A DNA stretch of 64,000 bases, taken from the IMG/VR virus record IMGVR_UViG_3300025770_000015. One strand, given 5' to 3'. The DNA comes from an uncultured virus (IMG/VR IMGVR_UViG_3300025770_000015). Its lineage: Duplodnaviria > Heunggongvirae > Uroviricota > Caudoviricetes. Below are positions 38,401 to 47,213 of the stretch, piece by piece (the stretch's first letter is position 1; each line of letters begins with the position of its first letter). Both the position numbers and the translations under genes were made by a program. Below the pieces are notes generated by a model, which saw nothing but the letters and a program-made list of their open reading frames with translations, did not search any database and was not told the origin of the DNA.

Positions 38401-40153
38401 CAGCACCTTGTGTGATTGCACCTACAACATTTAATCCATCGGTAACTGAGAAATAAGCCGAGCTTGTGTCCCAAACTAATGAGGAGTATGTAGCACCACG
38501 ATCCACTCTAATAAGAGTCTGATTCTCATCATCGGCTTCGTCATGTCTGAAAGTGATTCCTGTGGAGCCTACAGCATCAGTGATATTAATGTTTCTTGTA
38601 ACAATAAGATCTTGTCCAACAGTCAAGTCTGTTGCAGTAGAAACATTATTACTAAACGCCCATGTTGAAGAAGCGTTTGTCCAAGTAAGAGTCGCGTATG
38701 TTGGGCCATTGGTAAGGGCTACACCGATTACAGCATTTGCGGGGGTGTTATCTGTAACAACATCACTATTAAGAAGAAGGCTATGGGTTGCCCCTTTCTT
38801 AATATTAAGGTTTTTATTAGATGCAACAGTCACATTATCATTAAGGGCAGAAGTACCCGCAATCGTAAGTGTCCCTGCCCCTGTTGTCGAAACATTCCCA
38901 CTTGTAGTTAGGTCTTCTGCTCCGAAGTCTAGGTCATTACCCGCTGAATTGATTGCTCCATCAGCTAAAACAAGATTACCAATGGTAGTGCCTGTTTTGA
39001 AGGAAGAAGCTACTGTGGTGTCAGTGATACCACCAACAGAAACAACAGCACCCCCAGTGCTAACAGTAAACTTATTCCCGCCATTATCAATCTCAATACC
39101 ACCATCAGCATTTAAGAGTCCTGTAACTCCAACAGTAGTACCAAAAGTACCTGCACCTGTGGCTGTAAGAGTTAATAACTGCAATTCTCCAAGGGTGAGG
39201 TTTCCACCAAAATCTGTTGCAGTGTGGGCATCAGTGGTCGTACCAAGTTTGAAGATGTCATCACCTTCATCCCAGAAAATAACAGCGTCATTCCCTGTTG
39301 TACCACGCTCTAAGAATAATCCGATGTCATTGGTGTTTGCAACACCAGCAACACCCTTATTAAGTCTAATGACAGTATCTTCTACATCTAAAGTTGCGGT
39401 GTTTACTGTGGTAGTGTCTCCATTAACAGTGAGATCACCTGCAATCGTCATGTCGTTTGCAATCGCAACAGTAGAAGTACCACCACCTAAAGTAAGAGTC
39501 TTCGCTCCAATATTTGCCGCAATACTAGCGTGTTCAACTGTAAAGTCAATCCCTGTCATACCAGCAAGGGTAGTGGAGCCTGCACCTAAAGAAATGCTTG
39601 TTGAGCCTACTGTCAGAGATGAGTTCTCCAACTTAGCGTTGGTCACATTATCATCTAAGATTTTTGCAGTGATGACTTTATCTGCACCGATTGAGGAAAC
39701 CCCCGCATTAGTGATTGTCACATCACCTGAGAGGGTTACATTTTTCCATTGGTCATCTGCATCCCCACCATCATTATCATAGACGAGAACTTGAGCGTCA
39801 GCGACACCTGCAATCGTCACATCATCAATGTCATTCAGATTTGCAGACCCACCCAAGTCAACATATGCTTTGGTAGCGGCATCATTATTTGCAGTAGGGG
39901 TAGCGAGGTTTGTAATTCTTACAGTGGCATCCCCTGCGGAGTCTGCAACAGAGATCGTACCATCCACAGCCAAGGCATTTGTGCCGAGATTGGACATATC
40001 CGCTTTTAGCGTTTCAGTACCACCTTGAGTTGCCCCATCATGTACAAGAATGGTTTTCTTTGTGGTGTCGATGGTAATTTCACCAACTGCACCTGTGAAA
40101 GCCTCATTTTCAGCAGTTGTACCTCTTCTTAATTGAACTCTTCTTACAGACAT
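35405..40153 (-). CDS. Long tail fibre protein (Mtd-N-like N-terminus)
   Basis: VQLRRGTTAE..FTGAVGEITIDT..VHDG; DAATKAYVD; 1582 aa Gly/Thr rich. Confidence 0.85.
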   Translation of the reverse strand: MSVRRVQLRRGTTAENEAFTGAVGEITIDTTKKTILVHDGATQGGTETLKADMSNLGTNALAVDGTISVADSAGDATVRITNLATPTANNDAATKAYVDLGGSANLNDIDDVTIAGVADAQVLVYDNDGGDADDQWKNVTLSGDVTITNAGVSSIGADKVITAKILDDNVTNAKLENSSLTVGSTSISLGAGSTTLAGMTGIDFTVEHASIAANIGAKTLTLGGGTSTVAIANDMTIAGDLTVNGDTTTVNTATLDVEDTVIRLNKGVAGVANTNDIGLFLERGTTGNDAVIFWDEGDDIFKLGTTTDAHTATDFGGNLTLGELQLLTLTATGAGTFGTTVGVTGLLNADGGIEIDNGGNKFTVSTGGAVVSVGGITDTTVASSFKTGTTIGNLVLADGAINSAGNDLDFGAEDLTTSGNVSTTGAGTLTIAGTSALNDNVTVASNKNLNIKKGATHSLLLNSDVVTDNTPANAVIGVALTNGPTYATLTWTNASSTWAFSNNVSTATDLTVGQDLIVTRNINITDAVGSTGITFRHDEADDENQTLIRVDRGATYSSLVWDTSSAYFSVTDGLNVVGAITQGAVDGASNFSVSNTGVITTDSVGHTIANFTINNGSIASGTDAITFGNDTLTTTGVCDFGATTVDSLDASGGGITLAGAISGVSSIAGSDLDINLTDNEATSLEVKGDVKANGTQSYLTFVTTNTTEEVVFNQGGVDIDFRVEGDGNANLIFAQASNDRVGIKTAAPAYDLDITGTLGVSGLADLNGGIDVNASVFTVSNTGATVITTTLGVTGISTLDDTLKVKSAPTDGNAIIFNSDRTDVAKGGANTDVSLLFVKGGDNGTDAYLKWDDSADSFTVDGGKFHSNTNFSVGTAIGTQNFTVSTGGAVVSVGGITDTTVASSFFTGTTIGNLTLTNGKIASPTLAFHSDGDILFRVDENADGDNKFTFQNGLDAEIASIDEAGVLTIAGDANINGGDLTVKAADATNAVINIQSSLGTANGDSWTITGSDEGTRTLTISGQKTGDASYQGVLTLTSHDTATSSNASFAGDVTVLGGKINLTEGSIIDSTTAGTLLLTEDIVKTSADLQVGGNDIKNANADTVITFAGAGFSTTLTATTTILSGDLRINNNIIQNSEGTTTLTMDTDEMLTVAGDLTVGGNDIVLGVGTSTATTIKAPTQTAGNTDGATLTLSSGRGVGTGDGGDLVLQTAGANGAVLAPVLTLTHLKKATFAGDIDFSNGTILGASVGNTHSMTLGGHTGSTVITAGDLTVTGNTLDFGSGATIVNTDNATLTITEATTAIVGNLTVSGVIQNSSAVSTSLLFKDPTVYLGYQSTADDRDVGFVGAYGDTNSADYLMGMVYETADTAGGKGGVFKVFHGRASVAEPADTYAVPDGDLSTVDLGTLRGGSALGADNTAGTTLTISGGASTGNATGGAIEFKTGGSADGGASVENARTLAMTIEDDQEVTIDSGSLTITKTTGLTGDEGASNNPLLATNTKSFQVTATIDTAIADDAHSIDFLVNNTSALSTSVILATCQDKNVEVYAHTIVNATSFKFCAVNRTGGELSADATLVINFVIL
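37413..39070. repeat. 98-bp direct repeat within tail fibre (37413-37510 and 38973-39070)
   Basis: 88/98 identical; encodes FTVSTGGAVVSVGGITDTTVASSFxTGTTIGNL. Confidence 0.9.
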
Positions 40154-40218
40154 TTTAATCTCCTATGGGTAGGTGTGTTTCATATAAAGGTTAAGTATAA
40201 AAAGACTATTAATCTTAA

Positions 40219-43200
40219 TCAGCAGACTAATACTCCGTAGTCTTCTTCAGCATAGATAACCACAAGATTAAGGAAGGTGTCATTTAAGCCATCTCCATTA
40301 AAATCAAGTGCGAAATCATTATTGACATTAAAGGCATCAGACACGAGTCCATAGTCAATAGTCTCAATATATCGACCTTTAATTATTAGATCTGCGGTTT
40401 CATTTGCTGATAAAGCAGATAAATAATGGGTTGTTAAAACAGGGATTTCTCCATTAGAGGTTCCAGTATCAACAGTGGAAGCCGTACCTAAAGTTGTTGG
40501 CACATATTTATTCTGATCATCTCCCGCATCAGTCGTGTACTTTAACACCTGCCCATTTGTAGGGTCAGTGGTAGAAATATCTGAGATTTCTTTTGCCTCA
40601 GTATTTCCTATTTCTTGAGTCACAAATGCGGTGGTAGCGATCTGTGTAGTGTCCGTATTGGTGACAGCGGTAGGTGCTGTGGGTGTTCCAGTCAGTGCGG
40701 TATCTGCAAGTTGTAATTGGACAAATGCAGTAGTGGCGACTAAAGTTGTATCGTTAGCTTTCGCTTGAGTCGTGGCTTCCACCCCATCTGCGAAAGTCTG
40801 AGCACCATCTAAAAGAGCAATGTTTGCAGTATCCGATAAATCCTCGGAATCTATTCTTTGGTTTACAAACTGACCTGCACCATTATGGACTAATAAATGC
40901 TTGGTTGTTTCATCCCCATCCAAAGTGACATTTGATAATGCCCCAACAGAAAACGAAGTTAAAGACACAGTAGCTTCTATGGTGTCTTCCGCATCATTAT
41001 TTAAGAAAGTAATACCTGTATGTGTTCCTCCAGCTAATGCTGTACCTACGGTGTCTCTAGCTTGTTCATCAGTATAATCCGCAATGTTCGCCACTGCTTC
41101 AAATTGATCATTGACCGCTGACCATGCGAGTACATGACCATCAGTGTCATTAAGATTCGTTAAATCTACATCTGATAACCCACCAACAGAAGTCGATCCT
41201 ATTTCTGTCTCTACATAAGCGGTGGTCGCAATACTTGTAGAATTATTTCCTTGAGCTTGAGTGGGGGCAGTGGGGTTTCCCGTTAGGGCTGGTGAAGCAA
41301 GAAACGCAATATCAGCAACATTAGAAAGATCAGCAGAAGAAATAAGTCGGTTGACATATTGGCCTGCACCATTCTCAACCAAGAAATGCTTATCCGCACC
41401 TCCCGCAATAGTCACATTATTAAGATCGTTTAGCCCCGCATTGGAGGCTAAGAAATCACCTGTATTTGAAGTAGAAGCAGTTCCAAGACCTAGAGTTGTT
41501 CTTACTGCACCTGCATCAGCATCGTCTATAATTGAGCGACCAAAAGCAGAAATACTCGTTGTAGAAAAAGCATCTGCACCTGTAGCGTAAATGAGCTTAT
41601 TTGCACCTGTAGCGACACCTGCAAGAGCCGTAAGAGTAGCATCTAAACCTTGATATGTGCCCCCAAGATTAAGAGTTACAAGATCAGCATCAATTTGAGC
41701 ATCCACATAAGCAGTAGTGGCGACTTTTGTTGAATTATTTGAAGCACCTTGTGTGGTTGCAGTTGCCGTAGCAACTGTCAAATCAACGGCTCCTGTAAAT
41801 ACTTTATCTCCACTTAAAGTCTGATCTCCACCTAATAAAGAAATATTTCCTGTGTTAGTTAGGTCAGTGGAGGCGAGACTAACCGTTGCTGTGATCGTTC
41901 CGTCATTTGCACCTTCAGTGTCATCATACGCAAAGGTGAGATGAGTATTACCTGCGTTATTCGCAGTAAACATTGTGCCAACGAGATCTTGTACTTCTTC
42001 ATCTGTAAGTTGTGTGTTGGTGTCATCCCCAACAACAAGATTTAATGCTCCATTGAACCTAAGAACTTTACCTTCTGCTTTATTTGTAGTGTCAACATCC
42101 GACAAGATGTTGATCGAACCTAGACTCGTAAGATCTGCACCCGAAACAGCGGGTAATCCATTTGCTCCGAGTTCTACAACATCCCCATTTGCGACACCTA
42201 CATTTTTTTGAGAGGCTGTACCCAAGCTGAGGGTTGTGACCTCAGTCTGAACATAAGCTGTGGTAGCGATTTGGGTTGTATTTACACCTTGAATAGCAGT
42301 TGGAGCAGTAGGTGTGCCTGTAAGATCGGGGTCACTTAGTCTTGCGACAGTATTATCGACAACAAAGTTTAGTTTCCCACCTGCATCGTCATAAGAAACA
42401 GTAATATCTGTTTCAGTATTACCTGAAACCATACCTCCAACGAGATCTTGCACTTGCTCGTCAGTTAGCTGAGTATTTGTGTCTGTCTCATCGGCTTGAG
42501 TTATTTCTCCTGCAACAACTTTAAGAATCTTTCCATTAACTAATGCCCCACCTAAAGCGACATCATTTAAGTCATCAATACTTGAATTGGAAGCGAGGAA
42601 GTCACCAGTTGCGTTTGCAGAGGCAGTACCGAGATTTGAGGCAGTGATATTCCCTGTGAGTTCTAAAGCCCCTGTAATCTTGGTATCCCCTACGACATCT
42701 AGGGGTACAGTAGGGGCGTTTTGAAAGATACCGACTCGATCCGTCCCACCATCGGAGAAGATTGCGTGAGTTTTTGTACCTGTCTCTACTCTGAAGTCGA
42801 TTCCATTACCTGCTTCATTAATGACTACATCATTGTGGAAATCTACTTTAAAGTTGAAAGCAGAAGGTTTGTTGAAGACAATATTTTCAATATTGTCGGT
42901 CGTATTAAAAGTAAGATAACTATTATTTCCCTCTTTGATAGAGAAAGCAGAAGCAGTGTTATCTGTCATAGAAACTGAGACAGTAGTTCCATCAGCAGAG
43001 ATGGTATCTAATGCGACATCACCTACATTCGTGAGGTTAAAATCCCCCAAAGACACATGACCTGTGAAAGTTACAGTACCATCTCTAAGAATAATGTCTG
43101 CGTTATTGGAGAGATCGGCAGAAGAGACTAACTGGTTTACATATTGACCAGCACCATTTCTCACTAAAAAATGAAACTCTGCTCCTCCTGCAATGGTGAC

Positions 43201-43704
43201 ATCCCCTAAATCTGTAAGATTTGTAGCCCCACCACCACCACCTTCTCCTGGAACCCATTCGCCAGCATTATTATCCCAAACAATCGTATTTCCATCAGCT
43301 AGACCCGCTAGATTCACATCAGAAATAAGACTTAGATTTAGGGTAGCATTTTTCCATTTCCCTGTGGCTAAATCATACTGCAAAAACTGATCGTCAGCTA
43401 AACCTGCAATCGTTACATCAGCTAACGCAGATAATTGTGCGTTTCCTGCAAGAACTGCATTACCTACAACATCTTGCACAAATTCTGTGGTTGCAATTCG
43501 ATCTGAACTTTCAGCAAGGGCGATTCCCCCTTTTATGTTAAGAGTCCAATCGCCATTTGCCCCCAAAAGATAACTTTCTTGAGCAACTGAAGGACCAGGA
43601 ACGAGTCCGTCAGTCCCTGCTTTAACTCCATTTGTGCCTTCAAAAGCGGTGAGTGTGATAGATGCACCTGCTGTGGTGGTAGAACCTGATCCAAATGAAC
43701 TCAT
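40219..43704 (-). CDS. Tail fibre protein
   Basis: Repeated LTGxPTAPT...IATTA[YF]V and LxDLxDV modules; 1161 aa. Confidence 0.85.
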   Translation of the reverse strand: MSSFGSGSTTTAGASITLTAFEGTNGVKAGTDGLVPGPSVAQESYLLGANGDWTLNIKGGIALAESSDRIATTEFVQDVVGNAVLAGNAQLSALADVTIAGLADDQFLQYDLATGKWKNATLNLSLISDVNLAGLADGNTIVWDNNAGEWVPGEGGGGGATNLTDLGDVTIAGGAEFHFLVRNGAGQYVNQLVSSADLSNNADIILRDGTVTFTGHVSLGDFNLTNVGDVALDTISADGTTVSVSMTDNTASAFSIKEGNNSYLTFNTTDNIENIVFNKPSAFNFKVDFHNDVVINEAGNGIDFRVETGTKTHAIFSDGGTDRVGIFQNAPTVPLDVVGDTKITGALELTGNITASNLGTASANATGDFLASNSSIDDLNDVALGGALVNGKILKVVAGEITQADETDTNTQLTDEQVQDLVGGMVSGNTETDITVSYDDAGGKLNFVVDNTVARLSDPDLTGTPTAPTAIQGVNTTQIATTAYVQTEVTTLSLGTASQKNVGVANGDVVELGANGLPAVSGADLTSLGSINILSDVDTTNKAEGKVLRFNGALNLVVGDDTNTQLTDEEVQDLVGTMFTANNAGNTHLTFAYDDTEGANDGTITATVSLASTDLTNTGNISLLGGDQTLSGDKVFTGAVDLTVATATATTQGASNNSTKVATTAYVDAQIDADLVTLNLGGTYQGLDATLTALAGVATGANKLIYATGADAFSTTSISAFGRSIIDDADAGAVRTTLGLGTASTSNTGDFLASNAGLNDLNNVTIAGGADKHFLVENGAGQYVNRLISSADLSNVADIAFLASPALTGNPTAPTQAQGNNSTSIATTAYVETEIGSTSVGGLSDVDLTNLNDTDGHVLAWSAVNDQFEAVANIADYTDEQARDTVGTALAGGTHTGITFLNNDAEDTIEATVSLTSFSVGALSNVTLDGDETTKHLLVHNGAGQFVNQRIDSEDLSDTANIALLDGAQTFADGVEATTQAKANDTTLVATTAFVQLQLADTALTGTPTAPTAVTNTDTTQIATTAFVTQEIGNTEAKEISDISTTDPTNGQVLKYTTDAGDDQNKYVPTTLGTASTVDTGTSNGEIPVLTTHYLSALSANETADLIIKGRYIETIDYGLVSDAFNVNNDFALDFNGDGLNDTFLNLVVIYAEEDYGVLVC

Positions 43705-43795
43705 GGTGAACTCCTTTATTTTTATACCTATTAATGTCGAGGTATAAAAAGAGTATTAAAGGAGATTGCGAATGATCTATTTAAACTATGTACCC

Positions 43796-44668
43796 TTAAA
43801 TCTCTTCAATGACATAGTTAAGTTTAGTTCTAAGTCGCTTACCACTAGATGCGAGATATTGAAACGACTCCTCAGAAGCACCAAGTTGACGAATAATACT
43901 TTTTCGCTCATCTTCATCTAGGTATCCGAACGCTTCAAGAACTTGCTTCTCACTCCACCCTCTCTCCTCATAAAGATACTCATAAGGGTACTGTTTAAGA
44001 GCTTTCTCGATCTCTTCTTCTGCTTCTCCCATAAGATCATTGCGGGCAGACTCTGGTAACTCGTTCAACATATTATTATAGTCAAATACCATTACTTCTG
44101 CACGATCAGAATAAAGACGATTGATCTCTCCATTAACTTCTGGATCCATCCTCGCTTCCCAATAAGCCAGCTCCTCTTCATATGACTCTTTCTTTTCGGT
44201 CAAATCTGCCCTCTCAAGGATTTCGTCATCGTCTAAGTCTTCGATTTGTTCCTCCGCCCATTGAGTAGCCCACATTCCAATATCACCGTAAGGTAGACTC
44301 GCAGTGGTTACAATGATGTCTCTTGCCCAAGGCACTCTTACAACCACTTCTTTAACAGAATGGTTATCGAGCATCTCATCCATGATCTCTTCATTCATCT
44401 GTGTCTTAACATCATCATCCTCATAGATGATGTAATCACTCCAATCAGAAGAAACCAAGATCACATCTTTATGACCTTGAAAGTATTCCCAGACTTGACC
44501 GTTTCTTCTCTCTTTAAGATCAGACCTAGTTTGGGCTTTAGTTTCTCGACTTTCAACTAGAACTTCTAAAGCCCAAGTTATCCATTGAGGTTCTTTCTTA
44601 GATTGCTTTTCAAGTTGGGCAATCCTATTCTCAAGTTTATTAATGATTTCTGATGCTGATTTTCTCAT
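43796..44668 (-). CDS. MRRSA-leader family protein 3 (acidic, 290 aa)
   Basis: Leader MRKSASEIINKLENRIAQLEKQS; AATGGAGAA RBS. Confidence 0.8.
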   Translation of the reverse strand: MRKSASEIINKLENRIAQLEKQSKKEPQWITWALEVLVESRETKAQTRSDLKERRNGQVWEYFQGHKDVILVSSDWSDYIIYEDDDVKTQMNEEIMDEMLDNHSVKEVVVRVPWARDIIVTTASLPYGDIGMWATQWAEEQIEDLDDDEILERADLTEKKESYEEELAYWEARMDPEVNGEINRLYSDRAEVMVFDYNNMLNELPESARNDLMGEAEEEIEKALKQYPYEYLYEERGWSEKQVLEAFGYLDEDERKSIIRQLGASEESFQYLASSGKRLRTKLNYVIEEI

Positions 44669-44695
44669 GATTTTTCTCCATTTGATTAAAATAAA

Positions 44696-45103
44696 TTAGT
44701 ACGCACCCTTGATGCTTTTGATCTCTGATTTGACTTCTTCATGTAGGTCATACCATCGATCAGAGATGGAAGCATAAAAGCGATCCTCTCTCATTGAAAA
44801 TGAAGGCATACTCTCTAATGCTTGCTCCAGCTCTTGCATCGCTTCAAGAACTTTGACTGCACTCTCTCTTACAGATAATTGACGAGCAGTCTTGTTTCCC
44901 TTGTACTCAGGAGTTTTACGATACTCTTTAACGAGTCTTTCGTATTCTTCATTTTGAGACTTGGTGAGATTATCATCGTCTTCAAGTTTTTGCAGGTCAT
45001 CAAGTCTCGACCTGTCTTTTTTAGACATAGTGTGTGCTGATATTTCAAGTTGTGCGATTCTTGATTCAAGATCCCTGAGTACTTCACTTGCTGATTTTCT
45101 CAT
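44696..45103 (-). CDS. MRRSA-leader family protein 4
   Basis: ATG 45103 after GGAGG; leader MRKSASEVLRDLESRIAQLEISA. Confidence 0.8.
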   Translation of the reverse strand: MRKSASEVLRDLESRIAQLEISAHTMSKKDRSRLDDLQKLEDDDNLTKSQNEEYERLVKEYRKTPEYKGNKTARQLSVRESAVKVLEAMQELEQALESMPSFSMREDRFYASISDRWYDLHEEVKSEIKSIKGAY

Positions 45104-45180
45104 AAGAGTCCTCCATTTTTGGCTAGGGTTGCTGAGATTATATAAGTATAATAATAGATAAACTATCAAAGGATTAGCAT

Positions 45181-46155
45181 ATGATAAAGCTACTATGGAG
45201 AACAGATGTCCACATGGGAGATAAAACCCCACGCAGACGCACTGGAAACTGGACGGATGATGTGGTCAACAAGCTCAAGTGGATTGGTGATCTCGCTAAG
45301 GATAAAGAGATTGACGCTGTACTTGATGGTGGAGACTTCTTTGATGTCAAATCACCCACCAAGAATAGCCATAGTTTAGTCCGTAAGGCTTGTGACGCAC
45401 ATGAGGGGTATCCTTGCCCTACTTATGGTCTAGTCGGCAACCACGATGTAAAATATGGCAATATAGACTACCTACCCGAACAACCTCTAGGAGTCCTATT
45501 CTCATCGGGTGTCTTTAAGCAGTTTGGCGATGATGTAGAAATAAACTTTGAAAAAGATGGGGTCAAAGTTCGTGTAGTCGGTGTGCCTTATCATGGTGTC
45601 ATTTATGACTTTGATCGGATCAAGAACATAAAAAAGAAAGACGAGGATTACCTACTAGTCGCTAGCCACCTCCTCGCTCGACAAGGTAAGACTGGATCAA
45701 TGTTTGAGAATGAGGATATAGTTGGATATGACTTCCTTAATGAGAACACAGAAGTAGACGCTTGGTTCTTTGGTCATTGGCACAAAGATCAAGGCATCTC
45801 CACGCTCTTAAATGGAGCAAGGGTTGTCAATGTAGGGTCATTAACAAGAGGTTCTTTACACCTTGATGACTTAGACCGTAGACCTTGTGTGGTAGAGGTT
45901 CAAGCCACCAAAGAGTCGCTTAACTTCATCAGACACGATGTTCCTGTACGAGATGCCAATGAGGTATTCAAGATCGAGGAAACTGTGCGTGAAAAGGAAG
46001 ATAAGCAACGAATGATCGACATTGTAGACAAGATGAAAGCAGTAGCCACATCGGGTTGGTCTGAACTTACTCTTAAAGAGCGTGTAATGCAGACTATGGG
46101 TTCAAATGGAGCTAAGGAAATGGCTATCTCTTATCTTGAACAAGTCGAGGATTAA
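45181..46155 (+). CDS. SbcD/Mre11-like metallophosphoesterase nuclease
   Basis: TDVH, GGDFFD, GNHD, GHWH, NVGSLTR. Confidence 0.85.
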   Translation: MIKLLWRTDVHMGDKTPRRRTGNWTDDVVNKLKWIGDLAKDKEIDAVLDGGDFFDVKSPTKNSHSLVRKACDAHEGYPCPTYGLVGNHDVKYGNIDYLPEQPLGVLFSSGVFKQFGDDVEINFEKDGVKVRVVGVPYHGVIYDFDRIKNIKKKDEDYLLVASHLLARQGKTGSMFENEDIVGYDFLNENTEVDAWFFGHWHKDQGISTLLNGARVVNVGSLTRGSLHLDDLDRRPCVVEVQATKESLNFIRHDVPVRDANEVFKIEETVREKEDKQRMIDIVDKMKAVATSGWSELTLKERVMQTMGSNGAKEMAISYLEQVED

Positions 46156-46682
46156 GATTAAAGACTTTTAAGATAATCTAAAATGTCTTCATCTCTTCTT
46201 AATCCGTTTGGTTGGCCTTGGTCATGGTAGATAATCTCGATTAAGTCGGTTGCGATAAGCACCTGGTCTTTTCTCGGTCTTTCCATAGACATACCAACTA
46301 CATAACTATGATCAATGTCATCACTAGTTGAGAAGTGGTTAAAGATTTCGCCTTTTGACATGAAATAAGTTTTCATTCTGCGACCTCCACCATCTTGACC
46401 GTACTTATCTTTAAATGGTGCGAAGAGGGTAAATTGCCCTTGCCCAAGAGCTTCCCTAGCTGGGTGCTTTCGGCCTGCTTGTCTTTCAAGTCTTGCAATC
46501 CTTGACTCAAGATTACGAATAACTTCGGTTGCTGATCTTCTCATGGTTTTCTCCATTTTGTTTGTGGTTAAAGAGATCACTTATGAGAACCTATAAAAGA
46601 ACTATTAAAACAAGAAATAGATAAAAGTAGGAATAAGGGGTGGGGATGGCTATCTCTTATCTTGAACGAGTCGAGGACTAAG
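46120..46682. repeat. 37-bp direct repeat (46120-46156 and 46646-46682) flanking a leader-family cassette
   Basis: ATGGCTATCTCTTATCTTGAAC[A/G]AGTCGAGGA[T/C]TAAG, 35/37 identical. Confidence 0.9.
46158..46544 (-). CDS. MRRSA-leader family protein 5
   Basis: Leader MRRSATEVIRNLESRIARLERQA; upstream module 46545-46607. Confidence 0.8.
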   Translation of the reverse strand: MRRSATEVIRNLESRIARLERQAGRKHPAREALGQGQFTLFAPFKDKYGQDGGGRRMKTYFMSKGEIFNHFSTSDDIDHSYVVGMSMERPRKDQVLIATDLIEIIYHDQGQPNGLRRDEDILDYLKSL

Positions 46683-46685
46683 TTA

Positions 46686-47153
46686 TTAGGCTTTTGTGAT
46701 GTCATAGTCTGCACGAGCCTTTAGATTGCTCTTTAGGATGCTCTGTAGTTTATTAGCACAAGAGTTATAACTTTGGCTCTCACATCCAGTAGCAACAAAT
46801 ACTTGATAGAGACAACTCCAACAACCACCTTGAAGATTGTCTGATCCGTCATCAAGACCCCAACTGATTTGTAGTTGACCCCCCCCTATATCAACATATG
46901 CGTATAGGCTTGTTCCTCTCTCAATGTCTCCTTCCTCGATTCCTTCTTCAAGACTGGATTTAGCAGACTCAATATCACTGTTAACTTCTGCAATAATCTC
47001 TGCAAAAGTCATGTCGGTGTTTCGATCTCTTGGGTGACCTGTGTACCAACCTGTACTGATCTTTAGACCAGAATGTTTGTTGGCAGTACGACCTTCAAGA
47101 CGAGCAATCCTCATCTGAAGGTTGCGAATAATTTCTGATGCTGATCTTTTCAT
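46686..47153 (-). CDS. MRRSA-leader family protein 6
   Basis: Leader MKRSASEIIRNLQMRIARLEGRTA; upstream module 47154-47216. Confidence 0.8.
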   Translation of the reverse strand: MKRSASEIIRNLQMRIARLEGRTANKHSGLKISTGWYTGHPRDRNTDMTFAEIIAEVNSDIESAKSSLEEGIEEGDIERGTSLYAYVDIGGGQLQISWGLDDGSDNLQGGCWSCLYQVFVATGCESQSYNSCANKLQSILKSNLKARADYDITKA

Positions 47154-47213
47154 GGTTTTTCTCCATTTTGTTAAGGTTAATGAGATCACTTAAGATCAAT
47201 TATAAATAAACTA

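Noticed and set aside
37413..39070. Tail-fibre repeat as a DGR template/variable pair
   Set aside because: Both copies are in-frame mid-gene, differences are mostly synonymous and include C/T changes, and no reverse transcriptase is in the window
38553..39782. 409-aa plus-strand ORF and similar antisense ORFs within sheath, fibre and helicase genes
   Set aside because: Shadows of biased codon usage on the coding strand; no RBS or motifs
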